64,000 nucleotides of DNA from Octopus vulgaris (GCA_951406725.2 OX597826.1:57040001-57104000); one strand, 5' to 3'; shown: positions 12,471 through 26,766, numbered from the stretch's first letter. Made by a program: numbers and translations. Notes: generated by a model not told the origin, from the letters alone.

Positions 12471-13488
12471 GAGAAAGAAAGAAAAACACAGAATGTTTTG
12501 TGGTATAAGTATTGCCAATGGTTCATCATATCGTATTATTTTCATCGCATCATTAGTAAATGGAGCAAAACAGGGGATCAAACACATTAATGATAAGCAA
12601 GTAACAAGTCACAAGTTCAAAGAACAAAAATATTTCATGAGCAGCACTTCTGATGCTGCTTTAATCCACACATATGAAACACAGAGAGGAAATAGACAGA
12701 AATAAGACAAAATGTGACTTTATAAATATAGTGTCATTTAGAACATATAGTCAACTAATAAAGGTGGGTAAATGATATATAACTATGGTGAAACAGATAT
12801 CGGCCTTTGATTAAACAGCATACAGTAGTCAAAGAGAGAGAGAGAGAGCGGGAGAAAGAGAGAGAGAGAGAGAGAATGTTATGTTAGCATAGAAGAAAAG
12901 TATTGAAATTCATACATACCCACACGAAACCATTTTAGCATGCTTTACTCCCAGATGCAGAAAAATGGATGAACCAATAATTAAATTGCTTATGTACCTG
13001 CATATATGAGTATGTGTATATTTCTGTATATTTTACACACACACATGACTTGCTCATGCTTTTGTTTTTGAAAATGTTTCTACAACTGGATGCCCTTCCT
13101 AAAACCAACCATTCTACAAAGTGTATTGGGTACTGTGCATCATGTATCACTATGAGAAAGGTTGTCATGTTCTCAAAAAGGACCCTTATGTCTTTGCATG
13201 GTCTTTGCTTACCAACCACTTTAACAGAGAAAATCAGATGCATTTTATCGTGGCATCAGTATTAGTGAAGTTGCTTTGTATCCCCCAAAACAAAAGGATC
13301 CTCCAAGTTCAACATCATTTCCATTTGTTCCTGGCAATATGGCCAAAAGAGTGGGTAGATGAGATAGACATTTGTAGAAGATAAGCTGGAGTGAGAAAGA
13401 GTAAAAAGCTTTCCCAGGTTACTGTGAGCATGACAATTAGATTTCTTTAAAATAATAACCATATTTTAATACACTCACATACATATGC

Positions 13489-13860
13489 ATTGACATGGGT
13501 TTGAGATGGTTTGTAGGCAAATTTGCATATGACCTCACAAAGCTCACAAAGTTTCTGGGAAAAAGAGAACCAGACCTCTTAAGGCAAAGGCGGAAGCAGC
13601 TGAGAAGAGTTCCAGCTGGATCTGGTCAAGAAGGAAGTGAATTTCAAAAGGCATAATTAACCCCACAATTTAGCTGGTGTCTTCAATTGAACTAGTTCCA
13701 ACACCCAAGGTACCTTGGACCTGGGGTACCTTAATTATGAAGGATGGTTATGAAGACAATAACACAAAATGCAGCAGCAGAGGGGTAATTAGGAGTCATG
13801 GCCTGCTTGTGGTCTGGGCCCACCTCTGAAGACCTTCTGCTGTTTAGCTCTTCCAAGATT
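13489..13860 (+). mobile_element. HERO-like (R2 superfamily, RLE) non-LTR retrotransposon 3' fragment, frameshifted
   Basis: Manual translation IDMGLRWFVGKFAYDLTKLT / VSGKKRTRPLKAKAEAAEKSSSWIWSRRK* (stop 13638-13640) resembles the EVG.RGF...EAAEKAS.W.W..R C-terminus of HERO-type ORFs. The extent of the downstream UTR is approximate. Confidence 0.7.
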
Positions 13861-13873
13861 TTTTTACTATTAC

Positions 13874-14310
13874 AGGTGTGGTAACAAAGTTTCCTTTCCA
13901 ACCACATGGTTTTATGTTCAGTTTCACTACTAGGAATTTGATAGATGGAAACTGGAAGATGCCAGTCATGTGTGTTGAGTGAGTGTATATGAGTGTTTAC
14001 AATCTACACTGAGCTACAGCTACATATGATATTAACACCATTTGCAGCATAGCTACAGGTGATGATATCATCATTTGTAACTGGGCTGCAACTGGTAATA
14101 TTTGCTGACATTTCCTATCAGCAAACTGTCTACTGGCTCAACACTTTCAAAATCCTCTGGAATGAAAAAAAAAAAAAGAACTGTCCCTTACTTGAAAATA
14201 GCTAAAGGCTGGCAGCAGGAATTGCATTTGGCCTTAAAAAAAAATCATACCTCATATATGTTCCCTGTGTAAACCATGTTAGCATAGGAAAACAGACATT
14301 ACAAAAATCG
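13874..14310 (+). mobile_element. Old SINE with family-A-like head and family-B-like tail
   Basis: Head ggtgtggtaacaaagtttcctttccaaccacatggttttatgttcagtt...gatggaaactgg; tail ggctggcagcaggaattgcat...ccatgttagcataggaaaacagacatt. Confidence 0.6.
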
Positions 14311-14678
14311 CATGAGATACAAGTAAAGACACACACTTGTATGTTAATATTTTTGAGATATATATGTGAGCATGTGTGTATTTGTGCATATATGTATATA
14401 TAATATTAATGTATTAAATTTTTTTTTATTTTATGAGCATATGTGTGTGCTTGTGTGTATAATATTATGTTCATATTTTTTGTTTTACACACACACATAC
14501 ATACACAAATGAATTATTAAAAAATAGGAGTATAAAAAGCAATAAAATATAGCTATAGAAATGTAACTAAATGTTAATCTAAATCTATGTATGTCATCTG
14601 TTATATAGTAATTGATTCTTCAGCTCTCCCAGAAACTTGGAAAAGTCTCAATAATTTATAAACCTTATTCTGTTGCTA

Positions 14679-14681
<3 letters not shown>

Positions 14682-14763
<82 letters not shown>

Positions 14764-14825
14764 CATCATCATCATCACCATCATCGTTATTACTAGTAGT
14801 AGTTGTAGTAGTAGTTATTGTTATT
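14682..14825. repeat. (TAT)n/(CAT)n/(TAG)n trinucleotide microsatellite
   Basis: Directly visible. Confidence 0.97.
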
Positions 14826-14987
14826 AATTAGATTGTCTCCGAGATCCTACTTCATCAGTTTCAATTTATTAAGAGTTAACATCATATTATGGTGGAATCA
14901 GAGATAAAAATAAAAACAAAGTAAAAAAGTAGAAGTTGTTTCCAACAGCACATTTTTATACTGTTTTGTTTTCTAACACATACACAC

Positions 14988-15032
<45 letters not shown>

Positions 15033-16624
15033 TGTAAGTATGTGTGTGTATATATATGTGTGTGTGTGTATTTGTACAGACAATCAAATTTACATACACA
15101 TCTATTGTACATACATCATATGCACATATATAGACAAGAATATAGATATATTCCCCCACACCTATTCATACATATGTACAAACACACATACATACACACA
15201 CATAGAAAGAGAGTATACACAAACAGAGTATACACGTATATAAACACACAGTTACTCATAAACATAGCAAGTTTTACATAACAAATATATAATTGCACAT
15301 AGACTTGTGTGTATGTATGTGTATGTTTATATATATATGTGTGTATGTATTACTGAATCATTTTCTCTTGCAAGGAGGACAGAAAATTGTATAAATTACA
15401 TCATTATCAAATTGATTAGTGCTGGAGACATTTATTCTGTAATTATGGGTTTTATAATTAATTTCAAGCCTTTACGCTTTGTTCTCTCTGTACACTGAGG
15501 TGTTGGAGACAGATCAATAACTTTGGTTTTGTTTTTAGATTACTGTTCACTTCATCTGGCTGATTTTGGCCAGATTTTAATCTGAATTTTGTCTCCTTTG
15601 TAGTCAATATTTTTCACTACAAATACTGTAATCCTTTGGTAAAAACACTCATATTACACCTTTGTTGTTTTATCCATACTAATATCATACATCCAAAACT
15701 TGGCTTTATATAAGAGAAATATTTTCTTTATTGAAAGGGAGAAAAATTGAAAGTGCATTGTGTTCAAAGATATGAAGAATCCTTTAGAAAATCTCTTTTT
15801 TTTTTTGAAAATGGTCGAAATAAGTGAAGCAGCAAAGATTACCCAATGCTATAGAGTAAAAACTACTTCCCTACTTTGGATAAATAAAAAAAATTGATAA
15901 ATACCAACAAATTTCCCACACAATCAAACCTACACCTACTAAATACCTGGCAGTTAGTTTACTAAATATACAAAGAGGAGAGAAGTAAAACTTTCCTTTT
16001 AGAATTAATACTTCAAAAGGTACTCACTGTGGTACTCTACTATTATACAACTCCTGCAGTTTTCTATGAGAAAGTAAATACTTAAAAGATACCTGAAACC
16101 TATATAATGTATATAAAACCAGTCATTTATTAATTGAGTCATTTGCCAAGATTTCATTCAAAAGTGGGGTAAATACAAAACTAACATGTACACACGTGTG
16201 TTTACGTGCATGTTTGTGCAAGCCTCTCTCTCAGCCTCTCTCTCTCTCTCTCTCTCTCATGCCAGCATGGAAGATGTACATTAAAAGATGATGATGATAA
16301 TTATATGAAAGAGAGAGAGAGAGAGAGAGACTTCTGTGAGGATCAGAGCTAAAGTTTTCTCTTTCACTGGATGCAGTTTCTAAGAATCTGGAAAGTTGTA
16401 TCTGCTTGTGTGCACGCATGTGGGCTGAAGAGTAGTCTGTTTCAGATGCTTAGTGTCTCAGGGGAAAATAAACCAGGAAGTGTAGCAGACACTGCAAGTA
16501 TCTGAGTACAAGCTTACAGAGTGGATAATGGTAATATGTTGAAATAAATTGCACCCAGGGGATAGCTGGGCAGTTGGATTAATAACCTAGCTGATAAACG
16601 CAAAATAAAACTAACATAGAAATA

Positions 16625-16668
<44 letters not shown>

Positions 16669-16834
16669 TGATGAAAGAGGCAGAGCCTCTTGTGGCACAG
16701 ATTGCTATGCTTTACCTTACTGAGATCAACATGGTGTAACTGATGCTGTGACTAACAGTGGTAAGTAAGAAGTAGCTTGATGGAAGCAATTCCTTCAGGT
16801 TTGTCTTCTGCCTGCAGCTTCCAGCATTTATTGA

Positions 16835-17204
16835 TACTCTTTTACTCTTTTACTTGTTTCAGTCATTTGACTGCGGCCATGCTGGAGCACCGCCTTTAAT
16901 CGAGCAACTCGACCCCGGGACTTATTCTTTTGTAAGCCCAGTACTTATTCTATCGGTCTCTTTTGCCGAACCGCTAGGTAACGGGGACATAAACGCACCA
17001 GCATCGGTTGTCAAGCAATGCTAGGGGGACAAACACACTCACACAAACACACACACACATATATATATATATATGCATATATACGACGGGCTTCTTTCAG
17101 TTTCCGTCTACCAAATCCACTCACAAGGTGCCACGCAGTGGGACTGAACCCGGAACCATGTGGTTGGTAAACAAGCTACTTACCACAAAGCCACTCCTGC
17201 GCCT
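16835..17204 (-). mobile_element. Family A SINE with 43-bp internal deletion
   Basis: Reverse complement of 6370-6779; deletion between two caagg motifs at ~17124-17128. Confidence 0.92.
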
Positions 17205-17499
17205 ATGATGAATATTTAAATTGAAACCAAAGCTACTGTATCTTTACACATTAACAAACACCAGAAAATTATAATATTTTGGGTTATTAATATCCTTTTT
17301 AAGAGCTGACAAAAAATTTTTAAATTTATATCTAAATTTTTAAATATCTAAAGACATGGCTAATAGTCTAAAAACATAATCTTATAAATGAGTTGTCTCA
17401 GACATTTAGTCAATTAAGGAAGTACTAAGTTGCTTAAAAACATTCATCTTTCTCTCTCTCTCTCTTACATGTGTGTATGTGAATGTCTGTGTATGCACA

Positions 17500-17977
17500 T
17501 GGAAGCTATGTGGTTACAAAGTTTGCTTTGCGACCATGTGATTTTAAAATTCAATCCCACAGTATGGTATTTTGAGCAGGTGTATTCTACTATAGTCCAT
17601 GGCTTTCCAGAACCTTATGAATAAGGATTTGATAGTTGAGAGAAACTGAAAAAAGTCCAAATGTGTGTGTGCATGTGTACATGTATGTGTGGATGTGTGT
17701 GTGTATGAGTGCTTGTATTTCTTTGTTTTGATATTATATATTAATTGTAAACAAATGTCACCATCATAGAAGTGGTGTCATTTGTTTACAATATTCAAAG
17801 GTAATATGTCTGGTTGTTGTGCTGTTTATGTTTAAAGGACTGAGGAAATGTTCATTGTTTTGAAACAGGTGAGAGTGTGGAAACAGGATGAACAACTCAT
17901 TGTAGAAAATTTGCCTCAATGCATTTTATCTAACTCTTTACAAGCATAGAAAAGTGGATGTTAGAACAACGATGATG

Positions 17978-17980
<3 letters not shown>
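17500..17980 (+). mobile_element. Old SINE with family-A-like head and family-B-like (GAT)n tail
   Basis: Head gctatgtggttacaaagtttgctttgcgaccatgtg...ttctactatagtcc...gaaactgaaa; tail tgtagaaaatttgcc...caagcatagaaaagtggatgttagaacaacgatgatgatg. Confidence 0.7.

Positions 17981-18045
<65 letters not shown>
17980..18045. repeat. (TG)n microsatellite
   Basis: Directly visible. Confidence 0.97.
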
Positions 18046-18047
<2 letters not shown>

Positions 18048-19836
18048 ATATTGAAGAAGCACAAGCAGATGAAGGAACTTAAGTGCAATCATTCAATTTG
18101 CAGCAAACAGCAGCTACATCGTCATTAAATCACACTGTGCAATTTTAAAAAACAAACAAACAAAAAAGCACATTGCATAACATAGTCTTAGATACATTGT
18201 CCCTGAAAGTAAGATACAATGGTAACAGGTGGAAAGCTTTTGATCAAACTAACCTTGGGTTAAATAATAACTTTGAGAATCAGTTAAAGAATTCAAAGGT
18301 ATGTTGAGATTGATAACAACTATATTTTTATCAAAATTTTAGTTTGAATTTGAGGTTTTTATGTCTATTTTTCTCCCTATCATCACCATGTTAAACGTGT
18401 GTAGTAGTTTTTTGGTTTGGTTGTTTGTTTTACGATATATATTCTAGTTCTAACCTCAGTGGAGCTTTTAATAATAGAAAATGGAAACATGAAAGATGAG
18501 AAAAGACAAAGTGAGAAATAAATAAACCAACAGGAAATAGAGGAGGCAAAAAATAAATAAATAAAATAGATGTAAAGAAAGAATTATAAAAAAAAAATCA
18601 TGTCAATGAATTAAAAATTGAGAAATAAATAAACATACTTTCTAAAAAGTAAAACAGTTTTTTTTTTATTTTTAGGAATTTTTTTTTTTTAAATACTGAT
18701 TTTATTCATGAGAAGAAAATCACAACTTAAGTATCGGAAATATTTCCAGATGGACAGCACAGGTGTTTATAAAATACGATCTGTAGTTTTGATACACTCA
18801 GATTAGCAAACTTTCATGATACCTGCATCTTAGCTTATTTGCCTCAAGTGGAATTCTTCAAAGAGAACTGGAGAACTGCTAGATAAATAGATATATAGAT
18901 ACAAAACAAGGAAGAAAAATACTGGTAAACTGTAGGAGGTGCTCGATTTAGCTTTTTTTAGAAAAACCATGGTAGCAATTACAAGTGGTTTAATCCATTT
19001 TAAAAAAGTTGATAACATAAAAAGAAAACAAAATACTAGAAAACAAAATTTAAAAAATCTAGCAAAGAAGATTCTTTTGCAAAAGATGGAATTCCATAAA
19101 AGTATTCCATTATTTAGCTCATCATCTACATTTCTGTCTTACAGGGATATAAGATGAAATAGCAGAGTTGGTTACAAAGATGTCAAAGATAAACCCCCAA
19201 AAAGGTAGAAGGGGAGGTTGCAGAGTTACGGCCCTTTTCTCCTAGTTCACCTCTTTACTGTGCAATGACAGGTCTCCATTTGAAGCTGGGGCCTCAAGGC
19301 AAGTTTCTTACTCTTACATTCACAATATGTTATCTTTGAATTCCTTTTGAATGACATTCTACAGGCCTTCGGAGGTAAGTGCAATTAACTGCTTGTCGCA
19401 GAAACCCAAGAGAGAGAGAGGGAGCGGAGAGCAGAAAGAGAGAGAAAATGTAAGCAAGAGAGAAAAAGAAAGAAAAAAAAGAATATAAGTAAACGAAAGT
19501 AAATAGCAATACCAGATGTATAATAGAGAGCAAAGAAGAGTAAGGTGAAAATGGAAAAAGCGACAAACAAAAGACAAAAGTCAGCTAATAACATTTGAAA
19601 ACAAATGTAACCTTCTATGCCTATCATCATAAGCTCTTCTGCAAACCCATTTTTTCGTAATCCTTTGAGAGATGTTGTGCAATGCAATAGAATAATGAAC
19701 AGAATTATTTTTTTATTAGTTCTCTAATTCAAGAGAAAATGATGTACACAACAAAGAAGCTTACATTCTTTTGGAAGCAAAAACAAAGCTTTACTGCACA
19801 ACTTTATACACTTAAACTTTCTTCCTTCTAGATCTT

Positions 19837-20575
<739 letters not shown>

Positions 20576-20890
20576 CTTTATTGATAAAGCTGCAAAGACA
20601 TCACAAAAACTGTTACTCAGAGTTTCATGCTCCTGTTCATTTGACAGTTTTGGTTGAGAATGGAACAAAAATAAGGTTATACCCTTATTTTTGTTCCATT
20701 CTCAAGTTGATAGCATTTGTTATCTGGTGACTTAAACAGGTATTTTAAAAGCAGAGTAACCAGAGTAAGAATGGAGTAGAAAAATTTCAAGGAACTGGTA
20801 ACTAAAATGTTTTGCCTGTAGACAAAGCGCAAATTGTACGTTTGTGTCTCCAGAGGCTGCTGATAGCATTTATTCATTAATAAGAGAACC

Positions 20891-21250
20891 ATCTGAACGT
20901 GGCCTTTTTCAGCGCCGCCCCGACTGGCCTTGTGCCGGTGGCACATAAAAAGCACCATCCGATCATGGCTGTTGCCAGCCTCGCCTGGCCCCCATGCTGG
21001 TGGCATGTAAAAAGCACCATCCAATCGTGTCCGTTTGCCAGCCTCATCTGGCACCTGTGCCAGTGGCACATAAAACGCACCCACTACACTCATGGAGTGG
21101 TTGGCGTTAGGAAGGGCATCCAGCCATAGAAACATTGCCAGATCAGACTGGGCCTGGTGCAGCCTTCTGGCTTCCCAGACCCCAGTTGAACTGTCCAACC
21201 CATGCTAGCATGGAAAGCGGACACTAAACGATGATGATGATGATGATGAT
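20891..21250 (+). mobile_element. Family B retroposon with three internal ~60-bp tandem units
   Basis: Three tg(c/t)...gtggca(c/t).taaaa.gcacc units, then the conserved body and (GAT)n tail running into (GAG)n. Confidence 0.92.
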
Positions 21251-23395
21251 GAGGAGGAGGAGGAGGAGGAAAAGCGGTTGTAGCAGCGCAATCAACAGAG
21301 TATTTTAAAACTTGCTATCTCACAATTGTGAGTTCAAAACCTGCTGTGGTTAAATTTACATATCTTTTATCCAAATTGATAAAATAGATATCAACAATAT
21401 GATGGTACTTCAGTTAATCAGTTAGGCAAACCAGTAATTGTTAATAAATAATGGCTATTATAATAATTATGCATCGTAGCAATTTAGCTTAAATGCTATT
21501 TTATTATCTTTTGAGAGTGCGAAGATATATGAACAAATAGGACATGTGACACCCCCACCACCAAGTAATTAAGTATCTCATCATCAGTAGTGAATTGTGC
21601 TTTTGATTAAGATGCTTAACTCTCAATGTACCATCAACGTTCCACCGTAGGGGTGCTGTTATTTAGCCCATGGTAAATCTTGACTGTGAAGGACAAGTAC
21701 ATCTTTTTATGATCAGAAACATTTTTGAAGACAGTAAGATGTGGCTTGAAGGATATCTGATTACTATTTCTAGCAGAATAAGTAACTAGAAAGAGACTAC
21801 TTGCTTAGAGTAGTATAATTCATCATTGTAAGTAGCAACAATCTGTGAAATGTAAAAGTGATTTGTTGGCTAGAGGTGCTGAGTTCAATTTCTCTAGAGA
21901 GGAATGTTCCCTTTAATAGACCACCTTCATGATATTCAGAGGTGAGATTTGTCTTATCTATTTAATGCTATCTAAATCAGAAAAATATACAAACCATGTG
22001 GAATCTTGAGATTTAAAAAGGATTAATTTCTTTTTTCTCTCTTATTGATACTATAAATCTAGATTATTATAATACTTAAAGTCAGAAATGCATTGACACA
22101 ACAGAGCTGAGCTTAAGTTTCATCTAACTTATCATTTTATTAACACACTTCTCTTTGTGGAAATCTTTAATAAACTACTACTTTGTCTTTGGTCTATAAA
22201 GATACAGTGTTTCCTATAGGAAAAAAAAAAGAATTACTTTGTCCACAGCTACTGTTGACACTCTACAGCAAAACCCTTAGAATTACAGTGTCTAGAGCCA
22301 AACATAAATGATTATGGAGCATCTCTAATCATATGTACCCTGGACTGAGGCTGACATGGGACTAGGCCACAACAAACCTGGCATCCAACTCTATTTTAAT
22401 ATCTCTATTTAAAAACTGCAATCAATATTTCTGTCAGTGACATGGTATTACAGAAACAACAAAATATTTATTTCACTGAATAAAGTAGAAGATCAAGTTT
22501 GGAGGAGGATTGGTGTCTATAGTTAGAAGAAGCAACTTCAAGACTTTTTTTTTGTTATCTACTCTCATGGTATATGGTATATAAAAATTCCAAGAAAATT
22601 CCAGAAGGGTTTGACCCCAGAAAGATGCAAGAAAGAGATAGCTAGATAGACATACAGATATATATAGAGAGAAAGATAAGAGGGTTGGGAAAGAGGCACA
22701 GACAGAGACATAATTATATAATATATGACATAATAGTCCAACACTTAAGCATTTCTGAAAAGTTTCTACCCCAAACTCAGCAACAAAATGTATTGTTAAT
22801 AATGCATCAGTTGATTACAGGCATCACACATACTTTATATATGGCTATCTTTATTTTCTTTGACATAGAGTTTGTTCACCTCTTGTGAAGTAATATGATA
22901 AAAGAGAGGAAAAAAAGCAAAACAAAACACCACCAACAACAAAACAATATCGTATCATTTAATTTCAAACTTTGCTGATACAATGAAGCTTTCATCCTTG
23001 CCACTGCTCAGCAGTCATCAGACTGGCAGAATTATCAAACAGGCATTTCGTTATGCGTATGTATTTGCATATATGTAGTACATGTGCATATATAACATAT
23101 ATGTATATGTATGTGTATATATGTATATATATGTGTGTGTGTGTGTGTGTGTATAATGGGTGTGTTTATATCTCTGTGTATGCATTTCAAAAGTTGGTAA
23201 CATCGCAGGAATGCAACATCAGAGGCAATCATAATTCAGCAGACCACAGAAGGATAAAATGCGTCACTACTGTTATCACTGGCTTCACTGCCGTTGTTTT
23301 GGAGACAGTCGCCTCCATCATGATTGAAATTCTACACACCCGACAATCACCATCCACCCCTCCACAAGCAGCCCCACCACTCCTATACTCCATCC

Positions 23396-23620
23396 TCAAT
23401 CAGTTAAATCATCATCATCATCATTATTGTCATCATCTGCATCGTCATCTTTATCATCATCATCGTCATCATTGTTGTCATCATCTGCATCATCATCATC
23501 ATCATCGTCGTCATCATCTCTGCAACCATTACCACTATATTGATTACCCAACATCATTATCATTACCATCATGGGGGCTACTAGCAACATCAACATCAGT
23601 AGCAACATCATCAGATAAAG
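23396..23620. repeat. Degenerate (CAT)n repeat
   Basis: Directly visible; the block catcatcatt.ttgtcatcatctgcatc is duplicated. Confidence 0.9.
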
Positions 23621-23844
23621 TTTTATCATAGATATATGACGGACAATATAAACAAACAACAAATAAAACAAACAAAATGTAAACAGAAGATAGAGAGATA
23701 GATAGACAGATAAATAGATAAACAAAGACAGATAGATACTTTCAAAATTATGCACACACACATACACACACAGAAAAATAGACAATCACATAGATACATG
23801 TATTAATAGATAGTTACAGGCATTTTACACACACAGATATGTAT

Positions 23845-23849
23845 ATGTA

Positions 23850-23901
<52 letters not shown>

Positions 23902-24037
23902 ATGTATATGTATATATATATATACACACATACATACATACAAATGTATATCATTATTACTGTTTAACGTTTTCTATAAATATGTGTGTGTGTATATATG
24001 TATGTGTATATATACCTATATACATACATACATATAT

Positions 24038-24086
<49 letters not shown>

Positions 24087-24187
24087 TATATACATATATA
24101 TATATATATACATATATATACATACACACACACATATATATATATACATATATATATATACATATATATATATACATATATATATAC

Positions 24188-24218
<31 letters not shown>

Positions 24219-24229
24219 CATATATATAC

Positions 24230-24265
<36 letters not shown>

Positions 24266-24280
24266 GCATACACACATATA
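23845..24280. repeat. (TA)n/(CATATATA)n microsatellite
   Basis: Directly visible. Confidence 0.95.
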
Positions 24281-25139
24281 TAAGTGCATGAGAAAGATAG
24301 ATATGGTAGCTAGCTACATAGACAGAAAGACAGACAGATAGTTAAATCAATAAATAAATAGATAGATCAATGAATAAACAAGTAAATAATGTCTCACAAA
24401 TATTTTCTCTATTGTGGGGAGGGGGGGGCATAAATAACTCTGGATTCTAAGGTCTTTGTGCTTGAGTGGGACAGTGTTTTTGAAAGATTAATCAGTTAGT
24501 GAAGAGGTGTGTGCGTGATGGGGCAGAGAAGAAGAGATGTTAGGGAGAGGAAGAAAAGGAGCAGGGCAAGAAAAACAAAATTTAAAAAATGCCCCAGAGG
24601 GCAGCCATTTTGGCTGACCGAAAATGTTTTGTAATAAAAATTAATAACTCTACGGAACAAACCTCTGGAGAAAGCAAACAAAAAAAAATCGTAAGAAAAC
24701 AGATAAAATTAAAAATGATGGAAAAACAAAAAAAAACCCCAAAAAAGAGGATCCAGCTATAAACCCCCATACATATATAGCTATAAACCCCTTTATACAT
24801 ATATAGCACATATACATGCATACAGAGGCACACATTGATGTGCATTTGTATGTATAAATGCTTACATAGTTACATGCATATATATACAGTAATAAAATCA
24901 TGGATACATAGGGACATTTCTGAATATACATGCATGTCAAAGAGAGGGTGTAGTCTATGAAAAATTGTGTGTGGAGCATGTGTATTCATACATACAAACA
25001 TGATACAAAATCTATTTACTGGAATCCAGACATTGTACACATTATTATATGTCTATGTGTGTGTATGTATACACACACACACACACACATACGTACATTC
25101 ACATATTTATACACACATATATAAAAAATTACATCATAC

Positions 25140-25520
25140 AGGCATAGTTGTGTGATGTGTGATTTAGAAATTTGCTTTCTAATGTGGTTTTGGGCTCAGT
25201 CCCAGTGTGTAACAGAGTTTTCTGTTAGAGCTCCAGGCCTATAAAAGCTTGCGAGTGGATTTGGTAAGTGATAAATAAAGGAAGCTTGTCATATATGTAC
25301 ATCTCTGTATGTATATGTGTATATGTATGCATTTGTGATCTTGTCTTGACATGGCTTAATATTTAGAAATGAATGTCATAATTATACAAGAGTATACAAG
25401 AGTTGTCCCTTGTTCCTAATCTTCTGTAAAAACATGTCCAGCTATGGGAAAATATCTTGCTTGAAAATAGGCAAAGTTTGCTGAGAGGAAGTGCATCTAA
25501 CAGCAAAAAAATCTGTTTCA
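25140..25520 (+). mobile_element. Old SINE with family-A-like head and family-B-like tail
   Basis: gggctcagtcccagtgtg...gcgagtggatttggtaag head; gagaggaagtgcatctaacagcaaaa tail. Confidence 0.55.
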
Positions 25521-25604
25521 AAGATTGTCATCTCACCTATGTGAGGATAGAGAAGAGGATATTAAAACAATAATGATGATACACGTGTATAATTACATAT
25601 ACAT

Positions 25605-25817
25605 TCAAAATGTGACCACGTGTGTACCATTGGCGATTTTTTCTCCTCTGTCTTCCCTTCTCTGGATCTTTCCTTCTCCTATGTTTCCGACAAAGAGCCC
25701 CACTCGAAACGTTAAACCCTCCTTCTTTCCTTCTTTCCTGAGCGTCCAATAATACTATATTTGTTCCACGTCCTCGCGTTGTTGTGTTTTTTTGTGCTTT
25801 CTTGTTTGGATTAACTT
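25605..25817 (+). mobile_element. Short retroposed element with 17-bp TSD and decayed minimal hammerhead-like motif (Penelope-like remnant)
   Basis: tataattacatatacat is exactly duplicated at 25588-25604 and 25818-25834; internal ccgacaa-a-gag-cccca-ctc-GAAAC-GTT at ~25687-25713. Confidence 0.75.
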
Positions 25818-26330
25818 TATAATTACATATACATATATAAATATGTATATTTAATTAGTTAATTCCACTTAAGCATGAATGTTCTTTTCGGGAAAAAAAC
25901 AACTTCACTGTGGTAGATACCATGAGAGAAACTTTTGGTGCACAATGCATGCTTGTTTGTTTATATCACCAATGGAGAGATAAGTCCCCACCAAATCCAA
26001 CACCAAGACTACCAGATCACATGATTTCAATTTCCTTGATCTCATTGGTGATGGACACTTGACAGCTAGATACACAGATGCTTAGACACATATACTTATA
26101 TCATCATTATTGTTTTTAACGTCCATTTTTCTATGTTTGCATGGGTCAGATAAAATTCATTGATAAAAATTTTACTATGGCTAGATGCTCCTCCTGTTGC
26201 CAAACCTCATCTGCTTCCAAGTAAGGCAATATTTACTCCAGGCAAAGGCATGTTTATCACAGAAGGCTAGAAATCAACAACATCACTTGTATCAAAAAGT
26301 CAAAACAAGAGTACACATAAGAATACACAT

Positions 26331-26496
26331 AGGTGCAGAAGTGGCTGTGTGGTAAGTAGCTTGCTTACCAACCATGTGGTTCCGGGTTCAGTCCCACTGC
26401 GTGGCACCTTGGGCAAGTGTCTTCTACTATAGCCTCGGGCCGACCAAAGCCTTGTGAGTGGATTTGATAGACGGAAACTGAAAGAAACCCATCGTA

Positions 26497-26549
<53 letters not shown>

Positions 26550-26766
26550 ATATGTTTGTGTGTCAGTGTTTGTCCCCCTAACATCGCTTGACAACCGATG
26601 CTGGTGTGTTTACGTTCCCGTAACTTAGCGGTTCGGTGAAAGGAGCCCGATAGAATAAGTACTAGGCTTACAATGAATAAGTCCTGGGGTCGATTTGCGC
26701 TACAAAAGGCGGTGCCCCAGCATGGCCGCAGTCAAATGACTGAAACAAGTAAAATAGTAAATAGTA
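26331..26766 (+). mobile_element. Family A SINE, full length
   Basis: Colinear with 6370-6779; acacat present on both flanks. Confidence 0.93.

Noticed and set aside
23053-23785. Poly-His and poly-Asp ORFs
   Set aside because: Opposite-strand readings of one (CAT)n repeat; no domain or splice support.
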